From an uncultured Methylomirabilota bacterium (GTDB taxonomy: Bacteria > Methylomirabilota > Methylomirabilia > Methylomirabilales > 2-02-FULL-66-22), in NCBI GenBank assembly GCA_963845565.1, contig CAWJSJ010000005.1:160001-224000 (forward strand): 64,000 nucleotides of DNA, in the 5' to 3' direction. The translations under genes and the position numbers were made by a program. This document shows positions 59,869 to 64,000 of the stretch, piece by piece; the stretch's first letter is position 1, and the number at the start of each line of letters is the position of its first letter. The notes under the pieces were generated by a model. It was not told the DNA's origin and made no database searches. It was given only the letters and a program-made list of their open reading frames with translations.

Positions 59869-61119
59869 GTGAAGCGCCTCATCGATGCGGATCCGGACAT
59901 TGCCAAGATCATCCGACTGGAAACGGAGCGGCAGGCTTCGAAGCTGGAACTGATCGCCTCGGAGAACTTCGTCAGCGAGGCGGTCCTGGAGGCCATGGGG
60001 TCCCCGCTCACGAACAAGTATGCGGAAGGATACCCCGGGAAACGTTACTACGGGGGCTGTGAATTCGTCGACATGGCCGAGTCGCTGGCCATCGAACGGG
60101 CCAAGCAACTCTTCGGCGCCGATCACGTCAACGTGCAGCCGCATTCGGGGGCCCAGGCGAACATGGCGGCCTACTTTGCCCTGCTGGAGTACGGGGACAC
60201 GATTCTTGGCCTGAATCTGGCCCACGGCGGTCACCTGACCCACGGGAGTCCGGTCAACTTCTCGGGCCGGTTCTTTAAAGTGATCCCGTACAGCGTGGAA
60301 CCGAAGACCGAACAGATCGACATGGCGGAGGTGCGGCGGCTGGCGAAGGAGCACCGGCCGAAGATGATCGTGACGGGGGGGAGTGCCTATCCCCGCACGC
60401 TCCACTTCGACAAGTTCCGGGAGGTGGCGGACGAAGTGGGCGCATTCCTGATGGCCGACATCGCGCATCCCGCCGGGATCATCGCGGCGGGGTTGCATCC
60501 GTCGCCGGTTCCCTATTGCGACCTGGTGACCACGACAACGCACAAGACGCTGCGCGGGCCGCGGGGCGGGATGATCATGTGCAAGGCCGCGCACGCGGCG
60601 GCCGTCAACAAGAATATCTTTCCGGGGATGCAGGGCGGCCCCTTGATGCACGTCATCGCCGCCAAGGCGGTGGCCTTCAAGGAGGCGCTGGCGCCCGAGT
60701 TCCGGGACTACCAGCGCCAGATCGTGGCCAACGCCAAGGCGCTGGCGGAGGCGATGATCGCCCAGGGCTTCCGCTTGGTCTCGGGCGGGACGGATACCCA
60801 CGTGATGCTGGTGGACGTGGCCGTGAAGGGGCTGACCGGGAAGGCCGCCGAGGTCGCGCTGGACAAGGCCGGCCTCACGGTCAACAAGAATGCCATCCCC
60901 TTCGACACCAAGTCGCCCATGATCACCTCGGGCATCCGGCTGGGGACGCCGGCGCTCACCACCCGCGGGATGCGCGAAGGCGAGATGCGGACGGTGGCGG
61001 CGCTGATCGCCGAGGTTCTGACCGATGTCGAGAATGCCGCGCTGCACGCCCGCGTCGCCGGGAAGGTGCGGGACCTCTGCTCCTCGTTCCCTCTGTACCC
61101 GGAGCGACTCGCCGGCTAA
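59869..61119 (+). CDS. glyA: Serine hydroxymethyltransferase
   Basis: [44 protein letters not shown]. Confidence 0.97.
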   Translation: MKRLIDADPDIAKIIRLETERQASKLELIASENFVSEAVLEAMGSPLTNKYAEGYPGKRYYGGCEFVDMAESLAIERAKQLFGADHVNVQPHSGAQANMAAYFALLEYGDTILGLNLAHGGHLTHGSPVNFSGRFFKVIPYSVEPKTEQIDMAEVRRLAKEHRPKMIVTGGSAYPRTLHFDKFREVADEVGAFLMADIAHPAGIIAAGLHPSPVPYCDLVTTTTHKTLRGPRGGMIMCKAAHAAAVNKNIFPGMQGGPLMHVIAAKAVAFKEALAPEFRDYQRQIVANAKALAEAMIAQGFRLVSGGTDTHVMLVDVAVKGLTGKAAEVALDKAGLTVNKNAIPFDTKSPMITSGIRLGTPALTTRGMREGEMRTVAALIAEVLTDVENAALHARVAGKVRDLCSSFPLYPERLAG

Positions 61120-61222
61120 GCCGTTGTCAAGGAATTCGTTGAGCGGAGACATTCCGAAACGGCATAAGGAGCCGTAACGAAATAGGAAGAGATGTATAGG
61201 TTATTTCGTAACGGCTCCTAAC
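61117..61222 (+). repeat. 106-bp composite palindromic repeat, copy 2 (at the glyA stop)
   Basis: Inverted near-identical copy of 46835-46940. Confidence 0.9.
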
Positions 61223-61378
61223 GATCGCGGGACGCCTATGGCCACAAGAAGCACAAGAGGCACACACGGTCTCGGATTCCTGCGTAACTTGGCCTGGCGC
61301 CTGATTGTTTCTTGTGCTTCTTGTGGCTGATTCGAGCCCCCGATGGCGTCTTGTGGTTTCTTTCACGGAGGAGACGTT

Positions 61379-61849
61379 GTGCGCTGTCCCTACTGTAGCG
61401 CGATGTCGGAGAAGGTGGTGGATTCCCGCGAAGGGAAGGATGGCGACGTGATCCGGCGGCGCCGGGAGTGTCTGCAATGCCACCGGCGTTTTACCACCTA
61501 TGAGCGGATCGAAGAGATCCACTTCATGGTGGTGAAGAAAGACGGGCGGCGCGAGCCGTTTGACCGGCACAAGCTGCTGGGCGGCCTGACCAAGGCCATC
61601 CAGAAGCGTCCGGTCAGCGTCGCGCAACTCGAAGAGATTGTGGACGACATCGAGAGCCGGCTCGCCGAGAAGCCGGATCGGGAGATCTCCTCCACCGAGG
61701 TGGGGGAATTGGTGATGCGCCGCCTGCACGATCTCGACGAAGTGGCGTACGTCCGGTTCGCGTCGGTGTACCGCCAGTTCAAGGACGTCAATCAGTTCGT
61801 GGAAGAGGTGAAGAGCCTGCTCGGCCCGGTCAAGCGCACCAGGGACTAG
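61379..61849 (+). CDS. nrdR: Transcriptional repressor NrdR
   Basis: CPYC..KVVDSR..RRRREC..C..RFTTYE, ATP cone, [10 protein letters not shown]. Confidence 0.96.
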   Translation: MRCPYCSAMSEKVVDSREGKDGDVIRRRRECLQCHRRFTTYERIEEIHFMVVKKDGRREPFDRHKLLGGLTKAIQKRPVSVAQLEEIVDDIESRLAEKPDREISSTEVGELVMRRLHDLDEVAYVRFASVYRQFKDVNQFVEEVKSLLGPVKRTRD

Positions 61850-61928
61850 CGCCGCCCTGCCTCCTGCTTGCGATGGCCCGAGGCGCGCCTCCGGCAACGG
61901 GCTGCGGCTCGGGAGAACGTCGCTCGCC

Positions 61929-62567
61929 ATGCCGACGTACTATCCGATGATGGTGGACCTGGCCGGGCGTCGCTGTCTGGTCGTGGGCGGCGGGCGGGTC
62001 GCCGAGCGCAAGATCGCGCGTCTTGTGGACTGCGGCGCCGAGGTGGAGGTGGTCAGCCCGGCCACCACAAGCAAGATCACAGAACTCGCCGCCGCCGGCA
62101 CGATCCGTCTGCGCCGCCGAACCGTGAGAACCGCCGACCTCTCGGATGCCTTCCTGGTGTTCGCAGCCACCGACGACCCGGAGGTGAACCGGACGGTGGC
62201 GAATACGGTACGGCGCGCAGGCGGTCTGGTGAACGTGGCCGACCCTCCGGATGCATGTACGTTTCTGGTCCCGGCGGTGGTGCGGCGGGGGGACCTCTCC
62301 ATCGCGATCTCCACCGGGGGCGGCAGCCCGGCGCTCGCGAAGCGGTTGCGCCAGCGACTGGAGGCGACGATCGGGCCCGAGTATGAGGCGTTCCTCGCGG
62401 CGCTCAGCCGGTTGCGCACCCAGGCGCGACGCACCATTCACGATCCGGCGGAGCGGCAGGCGCTCTACCGGCGGGCGGTGGACTCCGACCTGTACGATCA
62501 CGCCGCCCGCGGGGATCACGCCGCGGTGACGGCGTGCATCGCGGACCTGTTGCGCCGGACCCCCTGA
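61929..62567 (+). CDS. sirC: Precorrin-2 dehydrogenase/sirohydrochlorin ferrochelatase
   Basis: LVVGGGRVAERK, AATDD, NVAD, ISTGGGSP. Confidence 0.9.
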   Translation: MPTYYPMMVDLAGRRCLVVGGGRVAERKIARLVDCGAEVEVVSPATTSKITELAAAGTIRLRRRTVRTADLSDAFLVFAATDDPEVNRTVANTVRRAGGLVNVADPPDACTFLVPAVVRRGDLSIAISTGGGSPALAKRLRQRLEATIGPEYEAFLAALSRLRTQARRTIHDPAERQALYRRAVDSDLYDHAARGDHAAVTACIADLLRRTP

Positions 62568-62604
62568 GATACGGGCCGAAGTTCCTTCAGCGAGCCGAGC
62601 GACG

Positions 62605-63420
62605 ATGCGGATCGACGAGTTTTTCTTCTATGCAGCGCTGGCGGGGTATCTGCTGGGGGCGTTCCACTACCTGCTCCACGTGGTCACCTCCAACCGGCGC
62701 ATCGGGACGGTGGCCACGGCGGCTACCCTTGCAGGGTTCGCCGCCCATACCGTGTCCCACCTGTGCCGCGTGTACGCGCTGAAGCGGCCGCCGCTCACCA
62801 GTCCCTACGAGAGCCTCTCGTTTCTTGCCTGGGCCATCGTCCTGATCTACCTGGCGATCGAGCTCCGGTACCATAACCGGATCATGGGGGCGTTCGCGCT
62901 GCCGCTCGCCGTCCTGGCCGGCTCGGCGGCGGCAGCCCTGCCGCGTCGTATCGCAGAGCTGGCTCCGACGCTGCAAGGCGTGGGGCTCTGGTCGCATGTG
63001 GGGTTGGCCCTGTTCGGGAACGCCGCCTTTGCCTTGACGTTCTGCGCGGGTCTCATGTATCTGATGCAGGAACGGCAGCTGAAGTCGCGGCATCCCGGCC
63101 GCCTGTACTTTCGGTTGCCGGCCTTGGAATTCCTGGACGACATCGGATTCAAGTCCATCCTGTTTGGGTTTCCGCTGCTCACGCTGGCCCTGATCAGCGG
63201 GTCGCTGTGGGCCGAGCAGGCCCGGGGGTCGTTCTTTACCTGGCGTCCGCGCGAGGTCTGGTCGGTCGTCAGCTGGCTGATCTACGCGGGGCTGCTCTAT
63301 GCCAGGGTGTCCGTGGGGTGGCGGGGCCGAAAAGCGGCCATCCTGGCCATCCTCGGCTTCTGTCTTGTACTGATCACGTTCATCGGCGTCAAGGTGGTCA
63401 AGAGCGGCCAGTTGATGTGA
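62605..63420 (+). CDS. ccsA: Cytochrome c assembly protein CcsA/HemX family
   Basis: Multiple TM segments, MYLMQERQLK, LPALEFLD, GSLWA..W.PRE; upstream of hemA. Confidence 0.88.
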   Translation: MRIDEFFFYAALAGYLLGAFHYLLHVVTSNRRIGTVATAATLAGFAAHTVSHLCRVYALKRPPLTSPYESLSFLAWAIVLIYLAIELRYHNRIMGAFALPLAVLAGSAAAALPRRIAELAPTLQGVGLWSHVGLALFGNAAFALTFCAGLMYLMQERQLKSRHPGRLYFRLPALEFLDDIGFKSILFGFPLLTLALISGSLWAEQARGSFFTWRPREVWSVVSWLIYAGLLYARVSVGWRGRKAAILAILGFCLVLITFIGVKVVKSGQLM

Positions 63421-63510
63421 GGCGGCGACGGGCACCGCATGCCGGTTGCCCCTGACCCGTCGACGCCGACACGCCGGACCGTGGTACCCGCGGCGGCTCG
63501 TTAGGTGGGA

Positions 63511-64000
63511 ATGGAACTCTTCGTTCTTGGATTGAGTCACAAAACCGCCCCCATCGACGTGCGGGAACGCCTGGCCGTCCCGGAGCGTGAGCTCCCGAAG
63601 GTCCTGGAGACCCTCGGCGAGGTGCCCGAGCTCGCGGAGCGGATGTTCTTCACCACCTGTAACCGGGCCGAGGTCTACGGGGTGGCCGCGGGGCCGCTCC
63701 CGCAGGCCGTCGAGGCGGTCCGGAGCAGCTTGGAGCGGTATCGCAATCTGGAGCCCTCGGCGCTGGCGGGCGCCCTGTATACCCACACCGCGGGGGAGGC
63801 GGCGCGGCATGTGTTCCGGGTGGCGGCCAGCCTGGACTCCATGGTCGTCGGCGAGCCGCAGATTCTCGGCCAGGTCAAGGCGGCCTACACGGTTGCACGC
63901 GCCCAGCAGGCCACCGGTATCATCCTGAGCAACCTGCTGGAGCAGGCGTTTCACGTCGCCAAGCGGGTGCGGACGGAGACCGGCATCGCCACCGCCCCCG
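63511..64000 (+). CDS. hemA: Glutamyl-tRNA reductase, 3'-truncated by the window edge
   Basis: MELFVLGLSHKTAPIDVRERLA, TCNRAE, ASLDSMVVGEPQILGQVK. Confidence 0.95.
   Translation, partial: MELFVLGLSHKTAPIDVRERLAVPERELPKVLETLGEVPELAERMFFTTCNRAEVYGVAAGPLPQAVEAVRSSLERYRNLEPSALAGALYTHTAGEAARHVFRVAASLDSMVVGEPQILGQVKAAYTVARAQQATGIILSNLLEQAFHVAKRVRTETGIATAP

Noticed and set aside
1..64000. Many long antisense or alternate-frame ORFs (e.g. 4350-6212, 11616-13733, 51643-53778, 54126-56144)
   Set aside because: Shadows of real genes in high-GC DNA; no motifs or RBS
1..64000. CRISPR array, rRNA, complete tRNA, transposase or integrase
   Set aside because: None seen; the short repeats lack repeat-spacer periodicity

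Overview
GC-rich bacterial chromosomal window. The style of the intergenic repeats and the gene content tentatively suggest a Methylomirabilota/Rokubacteria-like or deltaproteobacterial genome; this is inference only. 1-27 kb is a catabolic region: decarboxylating dehydrogenase, pdxA, IclR-gcl-glcDEF, LacI-ABC-dehydrogenase-RraA, TRAP transporter, Gfo/Idh/MocA, Ldh2, class III aminotransferase and a second glcD/glcF pair. 27-35 kb holds decayed small genes and a ppx-ppk1-ppx cluster. 36-45 kb is an arsenic/metal/redox island: arsR, acr3, arsC, MarR, an arsM-GNAT fusion, a second arsR, arsP, a thioredoxin-like gene, and a MoaD-like gene next to a radical SAM/SPASM gene. The island also hides four small genes whose in-frame TGA sits at, or in one case consistent with, a family Cys/Sec position: Uxx-star glutaredoxin, HesB-like, AhpD-like CxxU and HMA UxxC. 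These probable selenoproteins are missed or truncated by the ORF track. 45-64 kb holds hsp20, folP, nfeD/slipin, dinG, mazG, HDOD, peroxiredoxin, a tiny secreted peptide, a tRNA 3'-end remnant, UroD-like, Fe-ADH, slt, glyA, nrdR, sirC, ccsA and hemA. About eight single-base frameshifts, mostly in short homopolymers, look like long-read consensus errors rather than pseudogenes.
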